From assembly GCA_963741955.1 (NCBI GenBank), contig CAVUKB010000006.1, forward strand, positions 160,001 through 224,000: DNA of 64,000 nucleotides. The letters run 5' to 3'. The position numbers and the translations under genes are program-made. Shown piece by piece: positions 28,818 to 38,536 of the stretch. Below the pieces are notes generated by a model. It did not search any database. It saw nothing but the letters and a program-made list of their open reading frames with translations, and had not been told where the DNA came from. The stretch comes from an uncultured Acidobacteriota bacterium (GTDB lineage: Bacteria; Acidobacteriota; Thermoanaerobaculia; Gp7-AA8). How positions within the stretch are numbered: the stretch's first letter is position 1; the number at the start of each line of letters is the position of its first letter.

Positions 28818-29094
28818 CCCCGGTCAGGGAACCGGACAGATCCCGTGCAGCATCTGCCAGACGAACGCTCCCGAGATCGCAGCGATGACCACTCCGTAAA
28901 AGAGCAGTGTGGATCGAGAAAAACGGGGGGGACGACTCGAGATGTCAGCCATACGAAAATCAGAACGCGGCCGGCGATGATGGCGATTCCATCACTCCCC
29001 CATCAGCACGCAGCGATTTTTTCGCCGGATTGGAAATCCGCTCGCCACGTTGCGGCCGCCTTGCGGCCCCGGAGTGCGGACGGGCAGAGAATGA

Positions 29095-29122
29095 AAAACC
29101 GGGCCCTCGCGGACCCGGTTTT
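29095..29122. terminator. Intrinsic terminator after gltA (possibly bidirectional)
   Basis: AAAACCGGG-CC-CTCGC-GGA-CCCGGTTTT. Confidence 0.75.
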
Positions 29123-29145
29123 CACGAGCTGATTCGGATGTCCGA

Positions 29146-30432
29146 TCAGACTTCGACCATCACCTGCTCGCGCTCGTCGACCGGAACGAAATTCCGCTCG
29201 GTGGCGCCGGTGTAGATCTGTCGCGGACGGTAGATGCGCATCTTCGGATCGTCCAGAAGCTCTTTCCACTGAGCGATCCACCCCGGAAGCCGGCCGAGTG
29301 CGAACATCACCGTGAACATCTCGGTGGGGATGTTCATCGCGCGATAGATGATGCCGCTGTAGAAGTCGACGTTCGGGTAGAGCTTCTTGTCGATGAAGTA
29401 CGGATCGGTGAGAGCGACTTCCTCGAGGTGCCGTGCGATATCGAGGAGAGGGTCCTTCCGCCCGAGGCCGGCCAGCACCTCGTCCGCCGCGTTCTTGAGG
29501 ATGCGCGCGCGAGGATCGAAGTTCTTGTAGACGCGGTGACCGAATCCCATCAGTTTGAAGCCGGAGTTCTTGTCCTTCGCCTTCTCGACCCAGACTTTGT
29601 AGTTCTCGCCGCTGTCGCGGATCATCTGCAGCATCTGGATCACTTCCTGGTTCGCGCCGCCGTGCCACGCACCCCAGAGGGCGCAGACGCCGGCGGAGAT
29701 CGAGGCGAAGAGGTTGGCCTGGCTGCTGCCGACCATCCGGACCGTCGAGGTCGAGCAGTTCTGCTCGTGATCGGCGTGGAGGATGAGGAGGAGGTTGAGC
29801 GCGCGGTCGAGCACCGGGTTGATCACGTACGGCTCGGCGGGGACCGCGAACATCATGTGCAGGAAGTTCTGGGTGTAGCTGAGGTCATTCCGCGGATACA
29901 TGAAGGGCTGACCGATCGACTTCTTGTACGAGAAGGCAGCGATGGTCTTCGCCTTCGAGAGGAGGCGGATGATGTTCAGGTCGCGATCCTCTTCGTTCGT
30001 GTAGTACGCGGAGAGCGATGCGATCATCGCCGAGAGGATCGCCATCGGGTGAGCCGAAGTGGAGAATCCCTCGAAGAACTTCTTCATGTCCTCGTGGATC
30101 AGGCTGTGCCGGGTGAGGTTCTCGTTGAACGTGTCGAGCTCGGCGCGATTGGGAAGCTTGCCGTAGATCAGCAGATAGCAGACCTCGACGAAGCTCGCGT
30201 TCGCGGCGAGCTGCTCGATCGGATAGCCGCGGTAGCGGAGGATTCCCTTCTCTCCGTCGATGAAGGTGATCCCGCTCGCGCACGATCCTGTGTTGCCGTA
30301 GCTCGGGTCGAAGGTGACCGCACCGCTCTGCGCGCGCAGAGCCTGAATATCGATCGCTACTTCGTTCTCCGTCCCTACGATGACTGGAAGTTGGTACTCC
30401 TTACCGTTGAGAAGCAGTGTGGCAGTTGTCAT
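29146..30432 (-). CDS. gltA: Citrate synthase (type II)
   Basis: ITFIDGEKGILRYRGY, LILHADHEQNCST, HGGANQ, LMGFGHRVYKNFDPRA, YPNVDFYSG. Confidence 0.98.
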   Translation of the reverse strand: MTTATLLLNGKEYQLPVIVGTENEVAIDIQALRAQSGAVTFDPSYGNTGSCASGITFIDGEKGILRYRGYPIEQLAANASFVEVCYLLIYGKLPNRAELDTFNENLTRHSLIHEDMKKFFEGFSTSAHPMAILSAMIASLSAYYTNEEDRDLNIIRLLSKAKTIAAFSYKKSIGQPFMYPRNDLSYTQNFLHMMFAVPAEPYVINPVLDRALNLLLILHADHEQNCSTSTVRMVGSSQANLFASISAGVCALWGAWHGGANQEVIQMLQMIRDSGENYKVWVEKAKDKNSGFKLMGFGHRVYKNFDPRARILKNAADEVLAGLGRKDPLLDIARHLEEVALTDPYFIDKKLYPNVDFYSGIIYRAMNIPTEMFTVMFALGRLPGWIAQWKELLDDPKMRIYRPRQIYTGATERNFVPVDEREQVMVEV

Positions 30433-30773
30433 CGATCCTCTCCGATCTCCTGGTGCCGCGGGCTCCGGGAAGTCTCGTTGCGACAGCAGCGTCCTCCGCG
30501 AAGCTCTTGGCCCGAAATGTCTTCATCCGCGATTCCGCACCGGCGAAGTCGCTGAGCCCCGATAGGTATCCGGGGTGTCTCGAATGAGCTGGTCATGCCG
30601 GCTCGGATCCGACGGGTCCGATGAACCGGCTGTACTGGTGATTCAATGCTAGTTCCAGATCACACCCCGTGACGTTACGAGAGTCACAAATATGTGTGAT
30701 CCATGGGCTCGGAACCGGTGAGAAGAGATGGTTAGGATGGGGCCGGAAGAATTTCTTCCGCGAGGTGTGACCC

Positions 30774-31388
30774 ATGGGACTCAAATCACAGGCGGAAGCC
30801 GTGGAAGGAAGACCGCGCCCGGCGGTGGCGAGCTGGCTCGAGCCACGCCCCGCGTTGTCGATCGAGATGATCGGCTGCACGGGAGCGGAGCTGTCCGCCG
30901 CGGTGCTCGACGTCGGCGGCGCAGCATCGAACCTGGTCGATTATCTGATCGACCTCGGCTACGAGGATCTGACGGTTCTGGACCGCTCACGCGATGCGTT
31001 GGACCGCGCGCGGCAACGTCTCGGATCGTGGGCCGGACAGGTCCAGTGGATCCATTCGGAGCTCATCGGCTCGAAGCTGCCCCCGCTCCGTTACGACATC
31101 TGGCACGATCGGTCGATGTTTCTCCGTATGACTCAGCCCGAAACACGGAAACGGTACGTGGAGCTCGTCTGGCGGGAAGTCAAGCCGGAAGGCCATGTGA
31201 TCATCGCCACGCCGGGCCCGGACGGTGAGCTCGAGATCGAGGGCGAACCCGTCGTCCGCTTTTCTCCCGACCAGCTCGTCGACGAGCTCGGACCCGGGTT
31301 CGAGCTGCTGGAGCACTGCTTCGAGACGCTTCCCGGACCGAACGGAATGCAGCCGGGACTTCTCTACTCCCTCTTCCGGAAGGAGTGA
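30774..31388 (+). CDS. Class I SAM-dependent methyltransferase
   Basis: VLDVGGAASNLVD, LTVLD, YDIWHDRSMF. Confidence 0.88.
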   Translation: MGLKSQAEAVEGRPRPAVASWLEPRPALSIEMIGCTGAELSAAVLDVGGAASNLVDYLIDLGYEDLTVLDRSRDALDRARQRLGSWAGQVQWIHSELIGSKLPPLRYDIWHDRSMFLRMTQPETRKRYVELVWREVKPEGHVIIATPGPDGELEIEGEPVVRFSPDQLVDELGPGFELLEHCFETLPGPNGMQPGLLYSLFRKE

Positions 31389-31415
31389 ATCCTTCGCCGC
31401 GGTGACGGCTCCCGG

Positions 31416-33545
31416 TCAGCGCGTACGTGCGCGTACGACGACGAACGTCATGTCGTCGTTGAGCACGGCGTCTTTCTTCCATCGATCCGCGGCCGCGACG
31501 AGCTGCTCGATCACCTGAGCCGGATCGGCGGAGAGCGTCTCGCGGAACGCGTTCTGCGCAGCGACGTAGCCGAGCGGATCGCCTGCGGGATTCAGCAGTT
31601 CCGGGAAACCGTCCGACATGAGGAGGACGATGTCGTCCGGCGCGAGTGTGACCTCGACCTCTTCGTAATCCTTCGCGAACGTCCCGAGAGGGGACGCATC
31701 GATCGAGAGCTCCGTCACCTCGCCGGTGCTGCGCAGAACCAGCGCGGGGGGCATGCCGGCGGTGGCGAGGGTCATCCGATTTCCCTCCAGCCGCACGAGC
31801 GAGAGGGCCATCGCCATCCGGCCGAGATCCATCCGGCGGATGGTGTGATTGGCCTCGGTGAGGAACGTCGAGAGCCTCTTCTCCGGCGGAAGCGAAGAAA
31901 AGAGGCTCTTGATCACCGTGACCATCGTCCCGGCGCGCGCGCCGTGCCCCGTCGCATCTCCGACCGCGATGGTCAGTGCTCCGTCGTCGCTCTTGTGGAA
32001 GTCGTAGTAATCGCCGCCGACCTCTGTGGCCGTCTTCATGTACACCGCGATCTCGAAGAGCGGATGTTCCGGGAGAGACTTCGGCAGCAGCGAGAGCTGG
32101 AATCTCCGCGCCTCCTCCAGTTCCTCCGTCTTCCGGTCGAATTCGGCGGTGAGCAGCCGTTCACGAATCTCCTGCTCCTTCCGGAGCCGCTCCTCTTCGA
32201 CCAGTCGCTCCTGGTGCTCCCGGAGATCGCGGGCCATCTGGTTGAATGCGAGGGCTAGCTGACCGAACTCCCCTTTTCCGCGGACCGGCACCTCGACGTC
32301 GAGGTCGCCCGCTGCAATCCGCTGCGCGCCGTGGGTGACCGCACCGACGTCGCGGGTGATGTGGCTGGCGATCGGGATGATCCCGAGGAGAGCGATGAAG
32401 ATCAGCCCGAGTCCGTAACTGAAATTTCGAATTGCAGTGAGGCGGACTTCATTGAGCGGCTTGTCGAGTGGCCGGGCCAGTCCGAAGGTCAGCCCGCTCG
32501 AAGCGTCCTTCGTCATGGCGATCACCCAGTTGTCGAGAATGGTCCGGGACGTCGTGCCGCTGACGGAAGTGGTCGGGAGGGGGAGCGAGGTGAGGGTCGC
32601 CTTTGCTTCGGGGCTCGCGGTGTAGAGGGTTCCGTCTCCGTCGATGGCGAAAGGAATCGCGCCGTTCCGGGTCGGAGTCGACTCCCACACCCGCCGGAAT
32701 ATCTCATCGCTGCGTAGCCGCGCCGAGAGGTGTCCGACGATCGTGTCGCCATTCCTTACCGGAACCTCGAGATCCGAGCCGAAAAGCGCAGTGAGGCGGT
32801 CCTGCGCTGCCTTCTGCGCCTCGGCACGCTTCTCCACGCTCTTCATCCTCGCTTCGAGCTGAGCGGCGCGCTGCTGGTTCGCTTTGCGCAAATCCGACTG
32901 GATCTTCTCGGCGAACTTCTTCCATCCCGCCGGGTCGGTGACGTCCGAAGGAACGGCGGGGAGAGGCGGCTCTCCGCCCGTGACGTCCGGAGGCTGAGGG
33001 GGAGCGGGAGCGTGCTCCGGGGGCGTTCCGACCTGAACGCCGCCGGCCCGGATCGCGGCGAGTCCGCTGCGAATCTCGGTTTCGGTCCCGGGCGGAAGGC
33101 TCCCGCCCGCCTTACGTACCTCGCTGAGAATCTTCCCCACGTCGATGAATACGGGAGATGCGGGAGCGGCGGGAGTGGCGGCGTCCCGTGCCTGCGAATC
33201 CGCAGCAGAGGGAGTCGGCGGCTCGGGGACGAATTCCACCGAGCCGAGGAAGGGAGCGATGCGGCTCAGAGTGGCGCGGGAGGCGGCGCTCGATTCCGAT
33301 GCCGCGGCGTCGTTTCCGAGGAGAGATCCGAGAGGCATCCGGCTGAGAACTTCGACTCCGGAGTGGACGTCCTTCCGGAGCGAGGCCATGCGGGAGTCCA
33401 TCTCGCGGGTCAGTCCCGCGGCATCCGCCTCGATCGCGCCGCGCACGGCGCGGATCGAACTACTGTATGAATAGAGTACGATGCCACTCAGCGGAAGGAC
33501 CGCGAGGAGTAGAAATGCGAGTACCAGCTGGGCTCGTATCTTCAT
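31416..33545 (-). CDS. Membrane PP2C/SpoIIE (RsbU-like) Ser/Thr phosphatase with HAMP domain
   Basis: Two TMs, HAMP, then EVGGDYYD, GDATGHG, SDGFPE, DDMTFVV. Start set at ATG 33545. Confidence 0.93.
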   Translation of the reverse strand: MKIRAQLVLAFLLLAVLPLSGIVLYSYSSSIRAVRGAIEADAAGLTREMDSRMASLRKDVHSGVEVLSRMPLGSLLGNDAAASESSAASRATLSRIAPFLGSVEFVPEPPTPSAADSQARDAATPAAPASPVFIDVGKILSEVRKAGGSLPPGTETEIRSGLAAIRAGGVQVGTPPEHAPAPPQPPDVTGGEPPLPAVPSDVTDPAGWKKFAEKIQSDLRKANQQRAAQLEARMKSVEKRAEAQKAAQDRLTALFGSDLEVPVRNGDTIVGHLSARLRSDEIFRRVWESTPTRNGAIPFAIDGDGTLYTASPEAKATLTSLPLPTTSVSGTTSRTILDNWVIAMTKDASSGLTFGLARPLDKPLNEVRLTAIRNFSYGLGLIFIALLGIIPIASHITRDVGAVTHGAQRIAAGDLDVEVPVRGKGEFGQLALAFNQMARDLREHQERLVEEERLRKEQEIRERLLTAEFDRKTEELEEARRFQLSLLPKSLPEHPLFEIAVYMKTATEVGGDYYDFHKSDDGALTIAVGDATGHGARAGTMVTVIKSLFSSLPPEKRLSTFLTEANHTIRRMDLGRMAMALSLVRLEGNRMTLATAGMPPALVLRSTGEVTELSIDASPLGTFAKDYEEVEVTLAPDDIVLLMSDGFPELLNPAGDPLGYVAAQNAFRETLSADPAQVIEQLVAAADRWKKDAVLNDDMTFVVVRARTR

Positions 33546-33669
33546 TCTGGATCGATCTCTGCAACACGGCCGGATGCCGGCCGTGAAAGAATAGGCCGGA
33601 TTCCGCTCGTAAGGTATACGCAGGATCCGGCTCTGGGATTCCGTCACAGAGTGACGGAGGCGGAAACAG

Positions 33670-34056
33670 ATGAAACGGATCGACAAGCTGCTGTTCGTCT
33701 ATGCGGCAGATTCGGGCAAATGGAGTGCGTTCGTCGACAGCGCACGGAAACTCTTCATGATCAAGGGATGCGCACTCTGCAGCATCACCCACGGCCTGGC
33801 AGGCGAAAAGGACGAGTGGAAGAACTGCCGGGACGAGCTGGGAGTGCCGATCGAGTATGTACACCGCAACGAGTTGGGGCCACCCCTCGGAGATCTGGTG
33901 GAAAAACAGCTTCCGTGCGTGGTCGCGCAAACGAGCGAGAAACTCGTGGTGCTGGTCGGTCCGAGCGTCCTGGAACGCTGCCGCGGGAGCGTCGCGGACT
34001 TCAAGGGGCGGCTCAAGACGTACGCGGCGATGAACGATCTCGAGTTCCCCCTCTGA
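33670..34056 (+). CDS. Conserved hypothetical protein with CxxC motif (thioredoxin-like fold suspected)
   Basis: LLFVYAADSG...CALCSITHG...LPCVV, GGAGG RBS. Confidence 0.75.
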   Translation: MKRIDKLLFVYAADSGKWSAFVDSARKLFMIKGCALCSITHGLAGEKDEWKNCRDELGVPIEYVHRNELGPPLGDLVEKQLPCVVAQTSEKLVVLVGPSVLERCRGSVADFKGRLKTYAAMNDLEFPL

Positions 34057-34064
34057 GGCTTCCC

Positions 34065-34493
34065 ATGCGAAATGGGCTGCGCGTTGTGGGAGTTCCGCTG
34101 TTATGCTTACTCACGGCCGGATGCCGGATCTCCCAGCCGATCGAGATTCCGGAGGAGCCGGGAAAGCCACCGCATTTGAACGTCGCGCCACCTCCTTCCA
34201 TCCCACCGGTCGATGTGGTTGCAGCGGAAGGCTCTTCGGCCGAGATGCCGGTCCTGCTCCACCGCGGCTTGAAAGAGCATGGACTCGCATTCGAACGGGA
34301 GTGGATCCGGGATCACTACGGGTTGGTGGATTTCCTCTCGCTTTCGTTCGGACAGCGGCACAATCGTGTATATGACATCTGGGACATCCGCCTCCCGGCC
34401 GGTCAGGAGAAGACGATCTGGTTCGACGTGACGGAGATCTGGATGGAGACCGCCGGGCAGCCGGCGCCGGAGAGCGGCGCACCGCACCGATGA
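34065..34493 (+). CDS. Hypothetical lipoprotein
   Basis: Lipobox LTAGC, Pro-rich linker, C-terminal YDIWDI...IWFDVT. Confidence 0.7.
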   Translation: MRNGLRVVGVPLLCLLTAGCRISQPIEIPEEPGKPPHLNVAPPPSIPPVDVVAAEGSSAEMPVLLHRGLKEHGLAFEREWIRDHYGLVDFLSLSFGQRHNRVYDIWDIRLPAGQEKTIWFDVTEIWMETAGQPAPESGAPHR

Positions 34494-34558
34494 AGGATCC
34501 AGGGATGCGTCCCTGATCCGGTCTCCTCCGAAGATTAATACTTTCAACTGGAGTAATT

Positions 34559-36892
34559 GTGACGAGAAGAATGCTGGTCAATGCGCAGAATCCGGAAGAG
34601 CTGCGCGTTGCAATCGTGGAGGGATCCATCCTCCAGGAGTTTCAGGTCGAAGCTTCCGAACAGGGCCTCAGTCGGGGAAACATCTATCGTGGAGTGGTCA
34701 CTTCGCTCCATCCCAGCCTCAACGCCGCCTTCGTCGATTACGGCTCGGAGCGCAACGGCTTCCTTCCCTTCCACGACGTGGTCGAACAGGCGTGGCACCA
34801 TTCGCCGAAGTCGGGGCGCGCGAAGGTGGAAGACGTGCTGGAGCGCGGACGCCCGCTCATCGTGCAGGTGACCAAGGACGCCGTGGAGCAGAAAGGCGCC
34901 GGGCTGACCACGAATCTGAGCCTCGCCGGCCGCTACCTCGTGCTCACTCCGTTCGACGAAGTCCGCGGGGTGTCGCGGAAGGTCGAGGATGAGGAGATGC
35001 GCAAGCGTCTTCGGGAGCAGGCGGAGAAGCTGAACGTTCCTGCGGGGGCGGGCTTCATCGTCCGGACCAATGCCCTCGAGCAGACCAAGACGGTCCTCAA
35101 CCGCGATTTCAACGCGCTGCTCCGTCTGTGGAAGAAGATCGAGACGGAGAGCCGGAAGGGACAGGGGCCGAAGCTCCTCTACAGTGATCAGGACATCATC
35201 GTCCGCACGCTGCGCGATTATCTCGATGCAGCGATCGACGAAGTGATGATCGATGACGAAGAGACGTTCGAGCGCGCAGAAGAATACGTGCGCCTCTTCA
35301 TGCCGCGCACGAAAACGCGAATCGTCCGCTACGGCGACCGCGAACCTCTCTTCTCCCGCTTCGGTCTCGAGGAGCAGATCGATCGGATCTACGAACGGAG
35401 TGTTCCACTCCCGAGCGGCGGTGGAATCGTGATCGACCGCACCGAAGCGCTCGTCGCCGTCGACGTGAACTCGGGCCGATCCACCCGCGCCGCGACTCAG
35501 GAAGAGACTGCGTTGAACACCAATCTGGAAGCGGCCAACGAGGTCGCCCGCCAGCTGCGACTTCGCGACATCGGCGGTCTGATCGTGATCGACTTCATCG
35601 ACATGCGGAGCCGCAAGGGGCGCGCGCGCGTGGAGCGGACCATCCGCGATGCGATGAAAACCGACAAGGCCCGCTCGAGCGTGGGACGCATCAGCTCGAA
35701 CGGACTTCTCGAGGTCAACCGTCAGAGACTCCACCAGGCACTCGATCTCCGCACCCATCGCGCATGTCCGACCTGCAAAGGCACCGGACGGATCGCGAGT
35801 CCGGAGATGGTCGGGCTGAACCTCCTGCGAAGGATCGAAGCACGTGCCGCGACGACCAATCTCGAAAAGGTGCGGATCTCACTCCATCCCGAGCTCGCCG
35901 ACGCGTTCCAGAACCTCAGGAGGAAGGAGATCGCCGCGCTGGAGCAGGAGTTCTCGATTCGCGTAGAAGTCATCGCGTCGAATCGCCTCCACCGTCCCGA
36001 GCAGGAGATCGAGTGGGTCGCCCGCGCCGGCGAGAAGGTCCGGGTGCAAAGCCAGGCGGGAGAGGTCTCAGCCAGCGCCATCCCTTCGATCGCCCGCCGT
36101 GGAAAGGGCGAGCGACAGGAGCCGGAGCCTGCTGCTGCATCCGCACCGGCCAAGCGCTCCCGACGCCGGCGCCGCCGCCGCCGCGGAGGTGAGGCCGCAG
36201 GTCCGAACCTCCCCGCCGAGCTGCCGTCGCTCGAGCCGCTGGAGGAAGGAGAGCCGATCGAGCCCTTCTTCGACTGGGGTGAGGAGGAACCTTTCGAAAG
36301 TCCCGAAGAGCCGCTCGGAGAGGAGGAGGACGAAGCCGCGGAAGACGTGGCGGAAGACGTGGCGGAAGAACCGGCGTCCCCTCCCCCGGAGCGCCCTTCA
36401 CGCCGTCGTCGCAGCAGGAGGCGGAAGCATCCCGCCAGCGACGCCCGGACGCCTGCCATTTCACATCCCGAGCCGGAACCCTCCGGTGAGGGTGAGGATC
36501 TCCCCGTCGGGCCTCACGACCGCGAGCCCGAACCGATGCAGCCGCAGGAAACAGACGGAGGGGCGGACCACGAGTCGGAACCAGCAGCGGCCGCTTCCGA
36601 GCCGCACGAAAAGCCCCGGCCGCGACGACGAAGACGAAGGAAACCGGCACAGAAAGAACCGGTCTCCGGCGAGGACGTGAGCGGCGGTCCGAAAGTCGCT
36701 GAGCCGCTGGAAGCGCGAGAAGAGGGATCCGCCGGAGAGGAGCCGGGATCGCCCGAAACGTCGCACCCGCCGCGGAAGCGACGTCGCCGGCGCCATACCA
36801 AAAAGAGTCCGGTACAATCGGACGCGGCACCGGCTGGCGAAGGCGCAGGTGAACCCTCGGAACCGACCGGCTCGACGGAGGTGGATCAATGA
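34559..36892 (+). CDS. rne: Ribonuclease E/G family with long disordered C-terminal region
   Basis: GNIYRGVV...LNAAFVDYG (S1), DVNSG, TNLEAA.EVARQLRLRDIGGLIVIDFIDM, Zn-link CPTCKG, Arg-rich and acidic tail. Confidence 0.95.
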   Translation: MTRRMLVNAQNPEELRVAIVEGSILQEFQVEASEQGLSRGNIYRGVVTSLHPSLNAAFVDYGSERNGFLPFHDVVEQAWHHSPKSGRAKVEDVLERGRPLIVQVTKDAVEQKGAGLTTNLSLAGRYLVLTPFDEVRGVSRKVEDEEMRKRLREQAEKLNVPAGAGFIVRTNALEQTKTVLNRDFNALLRLWKKIETESRKGQGPKLLYSDQDIIVRTLRDYLDAAIDEVMIDDEETFERAEEYVRLFMPRTKTRIVRYGDREPLFSRFGLEEQIDRIYERSVPLPSGGGIVIDRTEALVAVDVNSGRSTRAATQEETALNTNLEAANEVARQLRLRDIGGLIVIDFIDMRSRKGRARVERTIRDAMKTDKARSSVGRISSNGLLEVNRQRLHQALDLRTHRACPTCKGTGRIASPEMVGLNLLRRIEARAATTNLEKVRISLHPELADAFQNLRRKEIAALEQEFSIRVEVIASNRLHRPEQEIEWVARAGEKVRVQSQAGEVSASAIPSIARRGKGERQEPEPAAASAPAKRSRRRRRRRRGGEAAGPNLPAELPSLEPLEEGEPIEPFFDWGEEEPFESPEEPLGEEEDEAAEDVAEDVAEEPASPPPERPSRRRRSRRRKHPASDARTPAISHPEPEPSGEGEDLPVGPHDREPEPMQPQETDGGADHESEPAAAASEPHEKPRPRRRRRRKPAQKEPVSGEDVSGGPKVAEPLEAREEGSAGEEPGSPETSHPPRKRRRRRHTKKSPVQSDAAPAGEGAGEPSEPTGSTEVDQ

Positions 36893-37314
36893 AATGCCCG
36901 CGTGACGGAGCAGTCCTCGAAGTGGCGAAGGTTCACGGAGTCGAGGTGCATGTCTGTCCCGAGGATGGAGGTCTGTTCGCCGATCACGGAGAGCTGAACA
37001 AGGTCGCCGAGCCGACCGAGGGCGACCTCGAGTTTTCGACCATCGACATGGATTCCTTCCAGCACGAGGACGACTACCCACCCATCCAGTGCCCGCGCGA
37101 TCCCGACGTCACCATGAAGAAGGTGGAGTTCAACATCTACACGAACATCATCCTCGACTGGTGCGATCGTTGCGGAGGATTCTGGATCGACCGGAAGGAG
37201 CTCGACCGGATCAACGACGAGGTGCGAGAGCTGAACCGCGCCGCGTCGGAAGTGCCCGATCCTCCGATGCTCTGGTTCGCGCAGTTCGTCTGGAATCTCC
37301 CCTTCCCCCATTGA
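36889..37314 (+). CDS. Tandem zf-TFIIB-like zinc-ribbon protein
   Basis: MKCPRD...CPEDGGLFADHGEL and CPRD...CDRCGGFWIDRKEL. ATGA overlap with rne. Confidence 0.85.
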   Translation: MKCPRDGAVLEVAKVHGVEVHVCPEDGGLFADHGELNKVAEPTEGDLEFSTIDMDSFQHEDDYPPIQCPRDPDVTMKKVEFNIYTNIILDWCDRCGGFWIDRKELDRINDEVRELNRAASEVPDPPMLWFAQFVWNLPFPH

Positions 37315-37348
37315 GGCGCGAGGATTGTTCTGTGACACGGCAAATTAG

Positions 37349-37393
37349 AAGAATATAATTCTGTTTTTCTGCTTAAAACAGAATAATATTCTT
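37349..37393. promoter_or_regulatory. AT-rich 19-bp inverted repeat, putative operator upstream of acuI
   Basis: AAGAATATAATTCTGTTTT-N7-AAAACAGAATAATATTCTT, 18/19 complementary. Confidence 0.6.
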
Positions 37394-37521
37394 TTCTTCG
37401 ATCCGTAGACCGAATTTTAGGCGGTGCCGATCGAGGCGTGACCGGTCACGCCTCGCCGGAGTGTCCCGCGATGACAACCCGCAACAACCGAGCACTGGCG
37501 AACCGCACTGGCGAGCTGACG

Positions 37522-38514
37522 ATGTTTCGAGCATTCTTCATCACTTCTCTCGACGGCACCCCATCGCACGAGATCCGCGAGATCGATACGGCCGATCTTC
37601 CTGCCGGGGACGTGGTCGTCGACGTGTCGCACTCGAGCGTCAACTACAAGGACGGTCTCGCCATCAGCGGGAAGGGAAAAATCATCCGCGGCACGTTGCC
37701 GTTCGTCCCCGGGATCGATCTCGCGGGGACGGTCATCTCGTCGGACTCCGAAGACTTTCGCCCGGATGACCGGGTGCTCGCGACGGGTTGGGGGCTGGGC
37801 GAGAAGAACTGGGGGGGCTACACCGAACGAGCCCGCCTCCATTCCGAATGGCTCGTCCCGATCCCTTCGGATCTCTCGAACCGCGAGGCGATGATTCTCG
37901 GCACCGCGGGACTCACCGCGATGCTCGCGGTCATGGCGCTCGAGGGCCACGGCGTCCGCCCCGACGAAGGCGAAGTCGTGGTCACCGGTGCGTCGGGGGG
38001 AGTCGGATCGATCGCGGTCGCGCTTCTCTCGCGGCTCGGTTTCACGGTCGTCGCTTCGACCGGGAAAGAATCGGCCCACCCCTTTCTCCGGGCTCTCGGC
38101 GCGTCGCGCTTCATCGGCCGCGACGACGTTTCACAGTCGGCAGGCAAGCCGCTCGCATCGGCCAGATGGAGCGGTGCCGTCGACACGGTCGGAGGCGAGA
38201 CGCTCGCCGGAATCCTCGCCGAGCTCCGGACGCACGGATCGGTCGCGTCGTGTGGGAACGCGCGGAGTGCCGAGCTTCACACCACCGTCTTTCCGTTCAT
38301 CCTCCGCGGCACGAATCTCCTCGGCATCGACTCGAACACCGCTTCGGGAGAACAGCGCCGGAAGGCGTGGCAGCGGCTCGCGACCGATCTGCCGAAACCG
38401 ATCCTCTCGAGCGTCGAGTCGCGCGCCATCCCGCTCGCCGATCTTCCCGCTGCGGCAGAGGAGATCACCCGGGGAGCGGTCCGCGGCCGGATCGTCGTGG
38501 ACGTGAAAAGCTGA
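37522..38514 (+). CDS. acuI: YhdH/AcuI-family acrylyl-CoA reductase (MDR)
   Basis: SSVNYKDGLA, VPGIDLAG, GTAGLTAML, VTGASGGVGS, TTVFPFILRG. Confidence 0.85.
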   Translation: MFRAFFITSLDGTPSHEIREIDTADLPAGDVVVDVSHSSVNYKDGLAISGKGKIIRGTLPFVPGIDLAGTVISSDSEDFRPDDRVLATGWGLGEKNWGGYTERARLHSEWLVPIPSDLSNREAMILGTAGLTAMLAVMALEGHGVRPDEGEVVVTGASGGVGSIAVALLSRLGFTVVASTGKESAHPFLRALGASRFIGRDDVSQSAGKPLASARWSGAVDTVGGETLAGILAELRTHGSVASCGNARSAELHTTVFPFILRGTNLLGIDSNTASGEQRRKAWQRLATDLPKPILSSVESRAIPLADLPAAAEEITRGAVRGRIVVDVKS

Positions 38515-38536
38515 AAGCTGAAACCGGGAGGAAGCC

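Noticed and set aside
30433-30773. Riboswitch or ncRNA in the gltA leader, and a TCACA-N6-TGTGA site near 30684-30699
   Set aside because: Hairpins are present but match no RNA family I recognise, and the half-sites are in the reverse order to a Crp/Fnr site.
36100-36892. Arg-rich and acidic low-complexity tail of RNase E as a novelty
   Set aside because: Disordered charge-patterned C-terminal regions are an established feature of RNase E proteins.
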